DNA of 31,498 nucleotides from Myxococcota bacterium (GTDB lineage: Bacteria > Myxococcota_A > UBA796 > GCA-2862545). The notes beneath the pieces are model-generated. The model was not told where the DNA came from. It worked only from the letters and a program-made list of their open reading frames with translations, and ran no database searches. Location: assembly GCA_039208735.1 (NCBI GenBank), contig JBCCQY010000108.1, forward strand, positions 1 to 31,498. The letters run 5' to 3'. Positions within the stretch are counted from its first letter, which is position 1; the number at the start of each line of letters is the position of its first letter. Shown in pieces: positions 20,473 through 30,104 of this stretch. A program made the translations under genes and the position numbers.

Positions 20473-22437
20473 CTAATCGCTCGCAGGACGGTGAGGGTGC
20501 AATTCAACAATTGTGCCGTTGGATATTGGTTGACCGGAGAACGGCTCCAGGTCGCGGCGTGACACCACTTGGTTGGGGTTAGCGGGGCCTTGTCCATAGG
20601 GAAGGACGACCACTCCAGGCTTGAGGCTCTCGTTGTGGACCACCTCGACGTCGATGGACCCAGCCGGTCCTCGCAATTTGGCCGGTCCGGCGGCAGCGGT
20701 GCTGGGATGAACGGCCGCTCGGCCGATGTTCGACTCGCCGATCCAGTGGTTCATCTTGGCAATTGGGCGAGCACTCGTCACCAGGCGCAGCCCGTTTGGC
20801 GGATCTGGTAGCGCACGAAGTGCTCTGCAAAACTCGGGAACCGCAAGGCGAGCGCGAGGCGGGGAGGATGACGAAGATGGGCGAAGATGGCCTATGGCGC
20901 TTTCAAGAGCTTGTTTCGGCACTCCCGAGAGGCGAGCTGCCATGCGAGCTAGCCCGGTCGGTGAGAGTCGCTTGTAGATCGATCTCCCGGACAACGGAAG
21001 TCCAAAAGGTCCGCGTCCCAGACATTCGCCTAACGCGACGGCGATCTCCCAGTCCGTCCGGACAAGTCCTTGTGGTTCGATCACCCTTCGGTCAAGACGC
21101 AGGTGAGAAACCGGACGTTGGTGATCGATGTGGACGGCTAGCTCATCTCGCTCGAGCCAGGTTGCTGCTGGCAGCACCACATCAGCCTGCGCTGCGGTTC
21201 CCCGGCGAAAGAGGTCCACGCTGATGAGCAGATCCAGCTGGTCGAATGCAGACCGGACACCAGCGGTGTCTGGCATCGCATGAAGCGGATCTCCACCGAA
21301 GACCACGAGAGACCGGACAGGTGGTTTACCGGTTCGCACCGCGTCCGGAAACGTCGCAGCAGCGAGCGTACCCAGAATAGCAGGATGTCCGGAGGTGGCT
21401 CGAACATGGACATCGCGACCCGGTGGACCGAAACGGGACAGCCACCAGGGAAGCTGAAGCGCACCGGGTTGCCACTTCCATCCGCCGGAGTGGTTGAGTC
21501 CGGCCGTGATCACTTGAAGCACAACGGTAAGCCACCATCCCAAGGTGCCTTGGGCCGACAAGAGAACACCTAGTCCGGACCAAACGAGCGGGCGTTTCGC
21601 ATCCAGCCAACGTACAGCCAGCTCTTCCAGTTGTGAAACTTCTAGCCCTGTCACCGTTGCGACTCTTGAGAGTGTGAACGACTCGCAGGCCTTCCACAGC
21701 GCTTCGCGTTCGACTTTTGGGCGATCGATCGAGGCGTGAGCCAACACCCACCGGACAAGTCCGGCAAGGAGAAACACGTCAGTGCCAGGTCGTGGTTGCA
21801 GGTGAAGAGAGGCTTTGGCAGCTGTTGAAGATGGTCGAGGGTCAACTACAACAAGCTGGTTCTCTCGAGCCCGAGTTCGAAGTGCATCGCCCGCACGAGG
21901 TTGGGATTGGGCTTGCGAAGCATGGCTAGAGAGCGGATCCGTACCGAGCAACAGCACGAAGTCGGAGGCCGCGTAGTCTGCAACGAACGTGGTCATCGCA
22001 CCCCCAAACACCTCCTCTGCCACCACGAACATTTCGCTGTTGTCGAGCGTCAGGCAGCTGTAGTGATGGGAGGTTCCAATGGCTCGCTGCAACGAGCTGA
22101 CCGCCAACACTCCACCAATCGAGTGCCCCATGGCGTTGCCGCTGTAGAGCGCGATGGATTGTCGTCCGTACCGTGCGACGCTGCTTCGCCATCGATCGGT
22201 GATGAATGCAAGTGCATCGTCCCAAGAGGTGGGTTGACCCTGCACCCACGGCTGGCGAAGCCGGTCAGGGTGATGAAGCACTTGCTCAGAGAATCGAGTG
22301 CCTTTCACGCAGGCGTAGCCCTGGGAAATGGGATGTTCAGGGTCAGGAGCCAGTTGAACTCGATCGGATTGGATAGATGCGAGCATCCCACAGGCGGACT
22401 CGCAGATTCGGCAGGTTGTTGTCTGCTTTGACACCAT
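20473..22437 (-). CDS. Molybdopterin-dependent oxidoreductase (DMSO reductase superfamily), substrate unknown
   Basis: N-terminal CRICESACG...CVKG 4Fe-4S motif, HPDRL, VVDPR, ADVVLPAATWLE. Start set at ATG 22437, after GGGGAGG. Confidence 0.88.
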   Translation of the reverse strand: MVSKQTTTCRICESACGMLASIQSDRVQLAPDPEHPISQGYACVKGTRFSEQVLHHPDRLRQPWVQGQPTSWDDALAFITDRWRSSVARYGRQSIALYSGNAMGHSIGGVLAVSSLQRAIGTSHHYSCLTLDNSEMFVVAEEVFGGAMTTFVADYAASDFVLLLGTDPLSSHASQAQSQPRAGDALRTRARENQLVVVDPRPSSTAAKASLHLQPRPGTDVFLLAGLVRWVLAHASIDRPKVEREALWKACESFTLSRVATVTGLEVSQLEELAVRWLDAKRPLVWSGLGVLLSAQGTLGWWLTVVLQVITAGLNHSGGWKWQPGALQLPWWLSRFGPPGRDVHVRATSGHPAILGTLAAATFPDAVRTGKPPVRSLVVFGGDPLHAMPDTAGVRSAFDQLDLLISVDLFRRGTAAQADVVLPAATWLERDELAVHIDHQRPVSHLRLDRRVIEPQGLVRTDWEIAVALGECLGRGPFGLPLSGRSIYKRLSPTGLARMAARLSGVPKQALESAIGHLRPSSSSSPPRARLAVPEFCRALRALPDPPNGLRLVTSARPIAKMNHWIGESNIGRAAVHPSTAAAGPAKLRGPAGSIDVEVVHNESLKPGVVVLPYGQGPANPNQVVSRRDLEPFSGQPISNGTIVELHPHRPASD

Positions 22438-22450
22438 GCCCTCCCCTGAG

Positions 22451-22466
22451 TGTTTCACGTGGAACA
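22451..22466. promoter_or_regulatory. parS site
   Basis: TGTTTCACGTGGAACA, within the extended palindrome 22448-22469. Confidence 0.9.
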
Positions 22467-22598
22467 CTCGCGTCTGCTTCCTCAACTTGCGAGCCTTGGA
22501 CCTCCAAGTTGTCCGGAATGCTGGTCTATTATGCTCTAGTGAAGTCCGACTCTCGCGAGAGGACGCGAAGGTTAGTACCAAGGCGGATCGGAGGTGGG

Positions 22599-23405
22599 AT
22601 GGACCATTCGGAATGGCAGGCACGAATCGAACGTTCCTGGGAAACCAGCGACATCGATGAAGATGCGGTGCACGCTGTACTTGATGCGCTGGATCGCGGT
22701 GAGCTGCGTGTTGCGGAGCCCCAGGGCGAAGACTGGATTGTTCATCAGTGGGTGAAACAGGCCATCTTGCTTTGTTTTCGCATTCTGCCCATGAAAGAGG
22801 GGCGCTATGGCGACTACGTTTTCCATGACAAAATTCCGCTGAAGACAAGGTTAGTCGAGCAGAATATTCGTGTCGTCCCACCGGGTACCGTGCGCTACGG
22901 AGCGTACGTCGAACCCGGCGCGGTGGTGATGCCTGGCTACGTCAACATCGGTGCTTGGGTAGGCCGTGGAAGTATGGTGGATACCTGGGCAACCGTGGGC
23001 TCGTGTGCCCAGATTGGTTCGGGGGTCCACCTCTCAGGCGGCGTAGGGATCGGTGGCGTGCTTGAGCCGCCCAATGCGCGGCCGGTCATTGTGGAGGACG
23101 GCGCTTTCATTGGGTCCCGGAGCATTGTGGTGGAAGGGATGTGGGTGCGAGAAGAGGCGGTGATTGGGGCGGGGGTGACCCTGACCGCATCAACGCCCAT
23201 CATCGATGTCACTGGACCGTCAGAAGTGATGTACAAGGGCGTGATTCCGCCCCGCTCTGTGGTGATTCCCGGTGTTCGTCCACGGAAGTTCCCCGCTGGA
23301 GAGTATGGCGTCCCATGCGCCCTGATCATTGGCAAGCGCTCGGCCAGCACGGATCGCAAAACCTCACTTGAGTCCGTCCTTCGTGAATACGCCGTCTCGG
23401 TCTGA
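22599..23405 (+). CDS. dapD: Tetrahydrodipicolinate N-succinyltransferase
   Basis: LDRGELRVAE, WVKQAILL, DKIPLK, MVDTWATVGSCAQIG, HLSGGVGIGGVLEP; GGAGG before ATG 22599. Confidence 0.96.
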   Translation: MDHSEWQARIERSWETSDIDEDAVHAVLDALDRGELRVAEPQGEDWIVHQWVKQAILLCFRILPMKEGRYGDYVFHDKIPLKTRLVEQNIRVVPPGTVRYGAYVEPGAVVMPGYVNIGAWVGRGSMVDTWATVGSCAQIGSGVHLSGGVGIGGVLEPPNARPVIVEDGAFIGSRSIVVEGMWVREEAVIGAGVTLTASTPIIDVTGPSEVMYKGVIPPRSVVIPGVRPRKFPAGEYGVPCALIIGKRSASTDRKTSLESVLREYAVSV

Positions 23406-24084
23406 GCGCCTCGATCTCCACCGTCCGATCCCCTACACAAGTGCGCTTGTTGTCTTTGTTTTAGCCATACATGGACTGTCCGGTGCGAGAGCATTGGGCC
23501 GTTTGTCGTGGCTAGGGGCGTGGGTCTGGAACCGGCCGCGTTGGATGAAGATCGCTGCGGGCGGTCAGTCTGCCGATCTGGTCGACGGTGGAGAGTGGTG
23601 GCGTCTGGCGACAAGTGCGTTTGTCCATGCTGATCTTGCCCACGTGTTGTTCAACGGACTGGGGTTGTGGGCGTTGGGGCAACTGCTTGAACCTCGCGTC
23701 GGCGGACGACGACTGTGGAGCTGGTTCGCCATTGGTGCGGTCGGCGCATCTGTCGCTTCGCACCTGGCGGGCATTTCACAGTCCGATGGCGCCTCTGGAG
23801 GCGCGTTTGCCTGGATGGGAGCCGCTGTCGCGTTGGGGTGGCGCTGGCGTCGGCGCTTTCATGACGATGCCTGGCTTTTGGGGCCGGGCCTGTGGCTGGT
23901 GGCGATCGGCAACCTCGTGCTGAGCGTGGTGGTGCCTCGGATTGACGCGGTCGCGCATGCGGCTGGATTGGGGCTTGGGCTCATCCTTGGGGCGCTCTGC
24001 CGAGAGGACCGACCCGCGTTGGGCGTGGTTGCTGGCGCGTTTCTGTTCGTCTGCCTATGGGGTTGGACGGTCGGCTTACCGTGA
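23383..24084 (+). CDS. Rhomboid-family intramembrane serine protease
   Basis: GEWWRL, FVHADLAHVLFN, GASG (catalytic Ser), AHAAG (catalytic His). Start uncertain; GTG 23383 chosen. Confidence 0.9.
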   Translation: MNTPSRSERLDLHRPIPYTSALVVFVLAIHGLSGARALGRLSWLGAWVWNRPRWMKIAAGGQSADLVDGGEWWRLATSAFVHADLAHVLFNGLGLWALGQLLEPRVGGRRLWSWFAIGAVGASVASHLAGISQSDGASGGAFAWMGAAVALGWRWRRRFHDDAWLLGPGLWLVAIGNLVLSVVVPRIDAVAHAAGLGLGLILGALCREDRPALGVVAGAFLFVCLWGWTVGLP

Positions 24085-24117
24085 GACCAGCCCGGTTGCC
24101 GGTGGCGTGGAGTTGCA

Positions 24118-24942
24118 ATGGATGGTGAGACCCCGGCGCCTGGGGCACCGGCGAGCGTGGTTCGTACGCGCGAAGATGGCGGCACGTTCCCGAATGTGGG
24201 CGACCTCGTCCAAGAATCACTGACGGAGTTCACCGACTCCATCGTGCCCTACATCCTCTCTTTTCTTGGTCTGATTGCCGGCTACCTCGTCGTAGGGGTG
24301 GGCATGTCCATCGTCTGGGGGTTGCTCACCATTGTTGTGGTGGTGCTCGTGTCGGCCCTTGGTGCCTTGGTGGAAGGGCTTGGATCGGTCGGAGTCACCT
24401 TAGTGGGCTTGCTCACGGTTGGAGTCAATCTTGCCTTGTTGGGGCTTGGCCTGGTTGGTGGAATGGCTCTTGTGGCTCCGCTCACCGGAAGCTACTTTCG
24501 GGCCGTCGCGGCCCACCAACGGGGTGAAGGCGAGTTGGAACTTGCCTCAGCGTTCAGTACGTTGAGCGAAAATGCCGTGCAGATGGCGGGCATGGGAGCG
24601 ATTCTTGGCGCAGCCACCTTCGTTGGCGGTCTGTTCTGCCTACTCCCCGCGCTGGCGGTGCCAGTATTCTTGGGGTTTGCCATACCTATTGTGGCCCTAC
24701 ACGGACTGCCGGTGGCGGATGCCGCTCGGCTTAATGTCACGCATGTGCGGGACCACCTTCAAGAGCACTTGCCCATCGCACTCTCGATTTTAGGCCTCAA
24801 CCTGATTGGGGGGGTGATTCCCGTGGTTGGACCCGCGTTCACCACCGCGTATACCGTGCGGGCTTATCGCAAGATTTTTGGCGATGGTGAAGCTCCCCAA
24901 GTTGGGCTGTTGACGGATGGCCAGATGGACCCAGCTTCCTAG
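24118..24942 (+). CDS. Integral membrane protein of unknown function
   Basis: Several long hydrophobic segments; co-oriented with dapD and the rhomboid gene. Confidence 0.8.
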   Translation: MDGETPAPGAPASVVRTREDGGTFPNVGDLVQESLTEFTDSIVPYILSFLGLIAGYLVVGVGMSIVWGLLTIVVVVLVSALGALVEGLGSVGVTLVGLLTVGVNLALLGLGLVGGMALVAPLTGSYFRAVAAHQRGEGELELASAFSTLSENAVQMAGMGAILGAATFVGGLFCLLPALAVPVFLGFAIPIVALHGLPVADAARLNVTHVRDHLQEHLPIALSILGLNLIGGVIPVVGPAFTTAYTVRAYRKIFGDGEAPQVGLLTDGQMDPAS

Positions 24943-25763
24943 GGGACGAGGTCGCCTGGGAACGCCGTCAGCACGCTGTCGAGGCCTATCGACCAGGTCG
25001 ACGGATCATCGGCGTCAAGCGCCATCGCCGCGATGCCTTCTTCCTGCGCCCGCCGTAGCCGTTGCCGAGACCAGGCAAAGGCAGGAAGGGCAAGACCGTC
25101 CGCCTCCTGCATCTGCAACTGCTCCCAGAGCTTTGTATTGACCAACGGTCCTACCGCGGGAGCGCTGTTGTCCATCTCATCAAAGAGGCGGAGGGTACTG
25201 TGAACCTCGAGGTTCCGGCGGCGAGCTTCGGTCTCGACCGCTTCAAGGGTCACCAACTCATCGGCAGATACGTGCAGTGCATTGGGGAGTTCGGCGGGAG
25301 CCCACACGTCGAACAACTGAGCAACCGAAGGAAGGTCCGCACTTCGCAGATGCAGGTGGATCCGTTGTTCCGACAAGTCGCTCTCGCGCACGAGCTGGAT
25401 GAGACCTTGCAGTGTCAGAGGCGCTTCGGCAACCACAAGAGCGTTGGGCCATTCGGGCTGAGGCGTTCCGCCACACCGAAGCAGCTGGGTCGCGTCCTGG
25501 TCCCACTCCACAACCGCCGCAGGCTCTGCCGGAAGGTTGGTGCGCGTGTCGATACAGTCCTGCCAGGTAGCCCCACCTTGGCCGACCCACTGACCGTCTG
25601 CGGTCGGGGTAAGGTCGATTTCCAAGCTGGAGAAGGCTGCTTCGATCGCGCCCTCCACCGCGGTCCGGGAGTGCGCTGGCCAATACGCCACCCCTCCCCC
25701 TCGTGCATCCACGACAGGAGTTCCCTCAAGTTGGCAGCCCAAGCTGAATGCCCACCACAGCAT
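24939..25763 (-). CDS. Glycerophosphodiester phosphodiesterase-like protein, degenerate active site, possible lipoprotein
   Basis: VDARGG...WPAHS...AIEAAFSSLEIDLTPTADG pattern and a C-terminal LDSVLTAFP; start MLWWAFSLGC. Confidence 0.65.
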   Translation of the reverse strand: MLWWAFSLGCQLEGTPVVDARGGGVAYWPAHSRTAVEGAIEAAFSSLEIDLTPTADGQWVGQGGATWQDCIDTRTNLPAEPAAVVEWDQDATQLLRCGGTPQPEWPNALVVAEAPLTLQGLIQLVRESDLSEQRIHLHLRSADLPSVAQLFDVWAPAELPNALHVSADELVTLEAVETEARRRNLEVHSTLRLFDEMDNSAPAVGPLVNTKLWEQLQMQEADGLALPAFAWSRQRLRRAQEEGIAAMALDADDPSTWSIGLDSVLTAFPGDLVP

Positions 25764-25831
25764 GACGCGACTCCGCGGTGGTTGTACCCTATCGAGGCGA
25801 GGCCTGCGGGCATCCAGAACGGGGACCAAAG

Positions 25832-26437
25832 ATGCCATTGAATCTTGAATTCGAGCTTCGATTGGAGGAACGAGCCAACGAGCAGGTCGTGGTGAGCGTT
25901 GCGCTGGCACCGAATGATGAACCGGTCGAGATCGAAGGGGTGGCGCTTCAGTGGTCTACCGCGGAAGGCGAGCCCATCTCCGCTCGCCTGCTGCTACCCA
26001 TCGCTGGAACGGTTGCGCAGCCCATGGTCTCGTCGGTCGTACTCAACGCATTTCGCGCGATCGAGCCCGGTTGCCGCGTGGTCGCCACGGCTTGGGCAGG
26101 CACTACGCAGATCGAGTCGTCCATTCCGACCGATCCGTTCACAGAGCTTGAGGTCCACGTTCGAGGCCGCAAGCTCGTAAACCCGGAAGAGGGGGAGCGA
26201 GAACCCAAGCCGCTGGACAGTGAAGAGCGCCAACGGCTGATGGCTCGCTACCCGTGGCTTGCCGAGCCTCGATTGCCGAAGGTTGCGGGAGAGCTGGGGG
26301 TCGTCGACTCAAGCTCGTCCACCGATGACGTCGTGGACGAGGTTGCCGAGAACTACGAGCTAGACGAAGAGTCTGCAGCTTGGTTGAAGGAGCTGCTTTC
26401 CGAGGATGACGAACCTCTGTCACCTTCGGGCGACTAG
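25832..26437 (+). CDS. Hypothetical protein (beta-rich N-terminus, acidic C-terminus)
   Basis: Long ORF with typical codon use; ATG 25832 follows GGGGA; divergent from the GDPD-like gene. Confidence 0.7.
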   Translation: MPLNLEFELRLEERANEQVVVSVALAPNDEPVEIEGVALQWSTAEGEPISARLLLPIAGTVAQPMVSSVVLNAFRAIEPGCRVVATAWAGTTQIESSIPTDPFTELEVHVRGRKLVNPEEGEREPKPLDSEERQRLMARYPWLAEPRLPKVAGELGVVDSSSSTDDVVDEVAENYELDEESAAWLKELLSEDDEPLSPSGD

Positions 26438-26531
26438 CTCGGCTCAAAGGATTCAACCGATGGAATCGAGCTGCCCCGCTAGCTGAAGAGCTACCCTGCG
26501 GAGCTGTAACTGGAGCTGCAAGGCGGAAATC

Positions 26532-26548
26532 GAGCAACCCGGTTGCTC
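26532..26548. terminator. Hairpin between convergent genes, possible terminator
   Basis: GAGCAAC-CCG-GTTGCTC; no clear U-tract. Confidence 0.35.
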
Positions 26549-27491
26549 AATCGCTGTTGAGAGCCGTTTGGAGCATCTTCACATCTCGCTCCGACCGAAC
26601 GATGCTGCCCTTCCAAAAGCCAAGTGCAGGACCTGCTGCCTTTTCTTCGGTTTCCATCTTTTGAATGAGCTGTCGGCGAGCCTCGATCTCGCTTTCGGCC
26701 GCCTTGATGAGTTCCGTGACTCGTGCACGCCCCTTCTCACTCCAGCTGCCTTCCGCGTCCTGGTAGGGGTCGGCAGGTGGGTTGAGTGTTCCCAAGTCCA
26801 TCTTCTCCGCGCTGTCCGCCGGGATGGCGATCGTAGCGGATCGCTTCGAGTCCGTCACGACCCACAAGGAGCAGGGCGGGCGCGTTTCGATGAAGAAGGT
26901 TCCGTCCTTGGCTAGCCGAACCGGCTTGGTCATGCAGGTGCCATCCACCGCTCCCTCCTCCGGGACTTCAAGGCGACCGCTAACCGTCCGTGTCGGCATG
27001 GCTTCGATTTCGGTGCAAGTCGTTAGTTCGCCAGCCTTGACTGGCGGCCACGTCATCTTCTGAATGGCAGCGAACGTGCGGAGGTAGCCGCTGGTCGACT
27101 CCGGTTCGGCAAGAATGACCACCCAACCATCTTCGATGGCCACATCATCGAAGTAGGGGCTCCATGGGATGGGATCCTCTTCCTGGGCAATGCGGTAAGC
27201 GATACCAAGGTCAAGGCGATCCCGAGCTGTACCGTAGATCCGGCGCACCCGAGAGGAGCCCGCCGCTGGGCACTGCACTGCACCCATCCCCATCTCCTTG
27301 GCGAGGTTGGCGTAAGCCTGGCCTACCGCTCCAAGGGCCGGAGGTGCTTCGGTGAGCCGCTTTCGTGCGGCGTCAAGGGGGTTCGTGGGTTCGGCCTCAA
27401 CCGCTTCGGCAGGAGCCGTGGGGTCTTCCGTAGTTGAGGCGGGGGGAGCGCTCGACGTGCCACAGGCGAGCGTAAGAAGGAGCCAAGTCAT
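26547..27491 (-). CDS. Putative lipoprotein of unknown function
   Basis: MTWLLLTLACG start followed by a Pro/Ala/Thr linker; lies downstream of udk. Confidence 0.72.
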   Translation of the reverse strand: MTWLLLTLACGTSSAPPASTTEDPTAPAEAVEAEPTNPLDAARKRLTEAPPALGAVGQAYANLAKEMGMGAVQCPAAGSSRVRRIYGTARDRLDLGIAYRIAQEEDPIPWSPYFDDVAIEDGWVVILAEPESTSGYLRTFAAIQKMTWPPVKAGELTTCTEIEAMPTRTVSGRLEVPEEGAVDGTCMTKPVRLAKDGTFFIETRPPCSLWVVTDSKRSATIAIPADSAEKMDLGTLNPPADPYQDAEGSWSEKGRARVTELIKAAESEIEARRQLIQKMETEEKAAGPALGFWKGSIVRSERDVKMLQTALNSD

Positions 27492-27504
27492 GTCGTACAA
27501 TCCG

Positions 27505-28137
27505 TCATAGGAAGAGGTCCCGCGCCTCGCCCGCAGCGCGGACGATGGCGACGTTATCGCCCACGGGCAGGGTTCCGTCGACCATGAGATCCGCAATCGT
27601 GGCGGTAGGCGCCACATAGCGTTCATGCATTGGTCTCACGGTGGACTCGTATTGGTGCAGTACGCTCTCAACGGTGCGACCACGCTCCTCAACGTCGCGA
27701 CGGATTCGGCGTAGCAGTCGCACGTCAGCCGGCACATCGACGTACACGGCCATATGCAGCCTTGGCTGAAGGGTCGGAATTCCTAGGACATGCAGGCCTT
27801 CGATGAACAGCACCCGAGCCGGGTGCAGCCACGTTTCGCGTTGAGGCAGGCGCCGATGCAAGGCGAAGTCGTAATGAGGAACTTGCACGGGTTGTCCATC
27901 GGCCAAGCGTTGGACGTGCCGAAGTAACAACGACCAATCGATGCAATTGGGATGGTCGAAGTTGGTCGTGGGGGGCAACGGGGAGTGGTAGTAGGCGTCC
28001 TGCCTTAGCAGGGCTGCGTCTTGAGTGTGCTGGACAAGCGCTTCGGCAAGAAGGCTCTTGCCGGAAGCCGACCCACCGCCAATCCCAATAAGCGAGCACG
28101 AGGGTGGTTCTGGACGCATGGAACCGTCAGAGTTCAT
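27505..28137 (-). CDS. udk: Uridine kinase
   Basis: IGIGGGSASGKS, QDAYY, NFDHP, YDFALH, RRIRRDVEERGRTVESV, VRPMH. ATG 28119 is an alternative start. Confidence 0.93.
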   Translation of the reverse strand: MNSDGSMRPEPPSCSLIGIGGGSASGKSLLAEALVQHTQDAALLRQDAYYHSPLPPTTNFDHPNCIDWSLLLRHVQRLADGQPVQVPHYDFALHRRLPQRETWLHPARVLFIEGLHVLGIPTLQPRLHMAVYVDVPADVRLLRRIRRDVEERGRTVESVLHQYESTVRPMHERYVAPTATIADLMVDGTLPVGDNVAIVRAAGEARDLFL

Positions 28138-29017
28138 CTTGTTGGATCAGCTCAATCAGCCGTTCCAGCTCTTCCTGATCAGAGTAGTCGATCGTGATCC
28201 GGCCGCCGCCCCGTGTCTTTGTGGTGATCGAAACGGTCGTTTGCAGTGCGTTCCGAAGGGTGCGTTCGACATCCTCCATGCCGGTTTCACGAGGCCTCGA
28301 ACGACTGGTACGCGGTTCCGGATTGTCTAGCTCACCAACCAACGTCTCCACTTGACGTACGTTCAGCTTCTTGTCGTCGATGGCCTTCAAAACCGCGCGA
28401 AGCTTGTCTTCATCGTTCTTCAGCGCAATCATTGCCTTGGCGTGACCAACCGTGATCTTGCCTAACCGCAAGACATCGAGAACGAAGTCAGGAAGATGAA
28501 GGAGCCGCATCAAGTTCGTGATGGTGGTGCGCTTTTTTCCGACCGCGGTAGCGATCTGCTGATCCGTGTACTTATACTCGCTTTTCAAGCGTTGAAAGCC
28601 CTTCGCGGACTCGATGGGGTCAAGGTCGGCTCGTTGCAGGTTCTCAACCAAGGCTAGCTCAAGTTGAATGCGAGGATCATCTGCCTCCCGCACCACAACT
28701 GGCACCTCATCTAAGCCTGCCCGAGCTGCAGCCCTCATTCGTCGTTCACCTGCGATCAGAATGTAGCTGCCACCCTCTTTTCGCACGATGAGTGGTGTGA
28801 GTACCCCATGAATGCGAATGGACTTGGTGAGTTCCTCAAGCTCCTCAGGGTTGAAAACTTCCCGAGGTTGTTCTGGGTTCTCCTTCAACTCGCTGAGCGG
28901 TACCTTGAGGACCTCTCCCTTTGGAGGAGCGGGTTGTGCAGGAGTTGCTGAAGAGTCATCAAGCGCGCTTTCTGGAATGAGGGACGCCAACCCCCGCCCG
29001 ACACGACCCTTGCTCAT
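28127..29017 (-). CDS. parB: Chromosome partition protein ParB/Spo0J
   Basis: GRGLASLI, NPEQPR, IAGERRMRAA, LVENLQRADL, HTH region. Confidence 0.97.
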   Translation of the reverse strand: MSKGRVGRGLASLIPESALDDSSATPAQPAPPKGEVLKVPLSELKENPEQPREVFNPEELEELTKSIRIHGVLTPLIVRKEGGSYILIAGERRMRAAARAGLDEVPVVVREADDPRIQLELALVENLQRADLDPIESAKGFQRLKSEYKYTDQQIATAVGKKRTTITNLMRLLHLPDFVLDVLRLGKITVGHAKAMIALKNDEDKLRAVLKAIDDKKLNVRQVETLVGELDNPEPRTSRSRPRETGMEDVERTLRNALQTTVSITTKTRGGGRITIDYSDQEELERLIELIQQDEL

Positions 29018-29817
29018 ACCGCACGCTTCGTTTCAATGCCGGCTTCCTGACGGCGTCGCAACAACTCATCAGCAAGGTCCAGATAGGCCTGAGCGCCAAT
29101 GGAGCGCGGATCGTAATCCACGATGGACTTCCCAAAAGACGGTGCTTCTCCCAGGCGAACGTTTCGCGGAATCACCGTCGTCAATACTCCATTTCCAAAC
29201 AGCTTACGAGCTTGTTCTTCAACTTCGCGGCAGAGGTTGTTGCGCTGATCCGTCATCGTAATCAGAATGCCCTCACGTTCGAGCTTAGGATTTGGTCCCT
29301 TTCGCACATGAGCGATGGTGCGAAGCAGCTCTCCTAGTCCTTCCATTGCGAAGTATTCAGCTTGAAGAGGAATCAGAACTGAGTCTGAGGCGACCAACGC
29401 ATTGATGGTGAGCATGCCCAGCGAAGGAGGGCAGTCAATCAGAATGTCGTCGTAGTTTTCACGTTGTTCGTTCAATAGGCTTAGCAAGCGACGAAGCTGT
29501 GCTGCCCGATCTGGCTGAATGGCAAGCTCGGTCTCGGCACCGGAGAGGTCACGTGAAGCTGGGATGAGGTGAAGACGTTGATTTTCGGTCTTGGTAAGCA
29601 CTGCATCGAAGTCAAGCTCGCCCATCAATAGGTCGTAGAGTCCCGCTGTGATGCTCCCCAGCGGAAACCCCAGCCCTGAAGAGGCATTGCCCTGAGCATC
29701 AACATCGACCACGAGGACCTTTCGTTCACGCATTGCCAGCGCTGCAGCAAGGTTGACGGTAGTAGTGGTCTTTCCGACGCCACCCTTTTGATTCGAGATC
29801 GCGACAATACGTGCCAT
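29014..29817 (-). CDS. parA: Chromosome partition ATPase ParA/Soj
   Basis: NQKGGVGKTTT, DCPPSLG, IPRNVRLGEAPSFG; start at ATG 29817. Confidence 0.97.
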   Translation of the reverse strand: MARIVAISNQKGGVGKTTTTVNLAAALAMRERKVLVVDVDAQGNASSGLGFPLGSITAGLYDLLMGELDFDAVLTKTENQRLHLIPASRDLSGAETELAIQPDRAAQLRRLLSLLNEQRENYDDILIDCPPSLGMLTINALVASDSVLIPLQAEYFAMEGLGELLRTIAHVRKGPNPKLEREGILITMTDQRNNLCREVEEQARKLFGNGVLTTVIPRNVRLGEAPSFGKSIVDYDPRSIGAQAYLDLADELLRRRQEAGIETKRAV

Positions 29818-29993
29818 TGGCCATCCCATGATGGAGTTTCGAGGGTTGGCGCAACTCAATACGCCAAGGCCTAACTTACCGCCGCCAATGGTTGTGGGCC
29901 ACGTTCTTCGCTGACCAACCGGTTACGCCTGAAAATGCCTGCTTTTAGGCGGGCGATAGGGGTAACTCTTCAGAAGGTTTCGGATCGTCTTTG

Positions 29994-30099
29994 TGTTCCA
30001 CGTGGAACCCAGAGGCTTCGTTCCACGTGGAACACCGTGCGTGAACCTGTTCCACGTGGAACACCATCATACGTTCCGGAGGGTGTTCCACGTGGAACA
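29994..30099. repeat. Cluster of four parS sites
   Basis: TGTTCCACGTGGAACC 29994, CGTTCCACGTGGAACA 30019, TGTTCCACGTGGAACA 30048 and 30084. Confidence 0.96.
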
Positions 30100-30104
30100 C
30101 CGAC

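Noticed and set aside
22438..22881. 148-aa N-terminal extension of the oxidoreductase ORF
   Set aside because: It overlaps dapD and parS; the RBS and Fe-S motif support a start at 22437.
26436..26520. Several AGCT motifs in a convergent gap
   Set aside because: Too short and irregularly spaced to support a repeat element.
29994..30099. CRISPR-like repeat array
   Set aside because: The repeats are 16-bp parS palindromes with short uneven spacers, and there are no cas genes.
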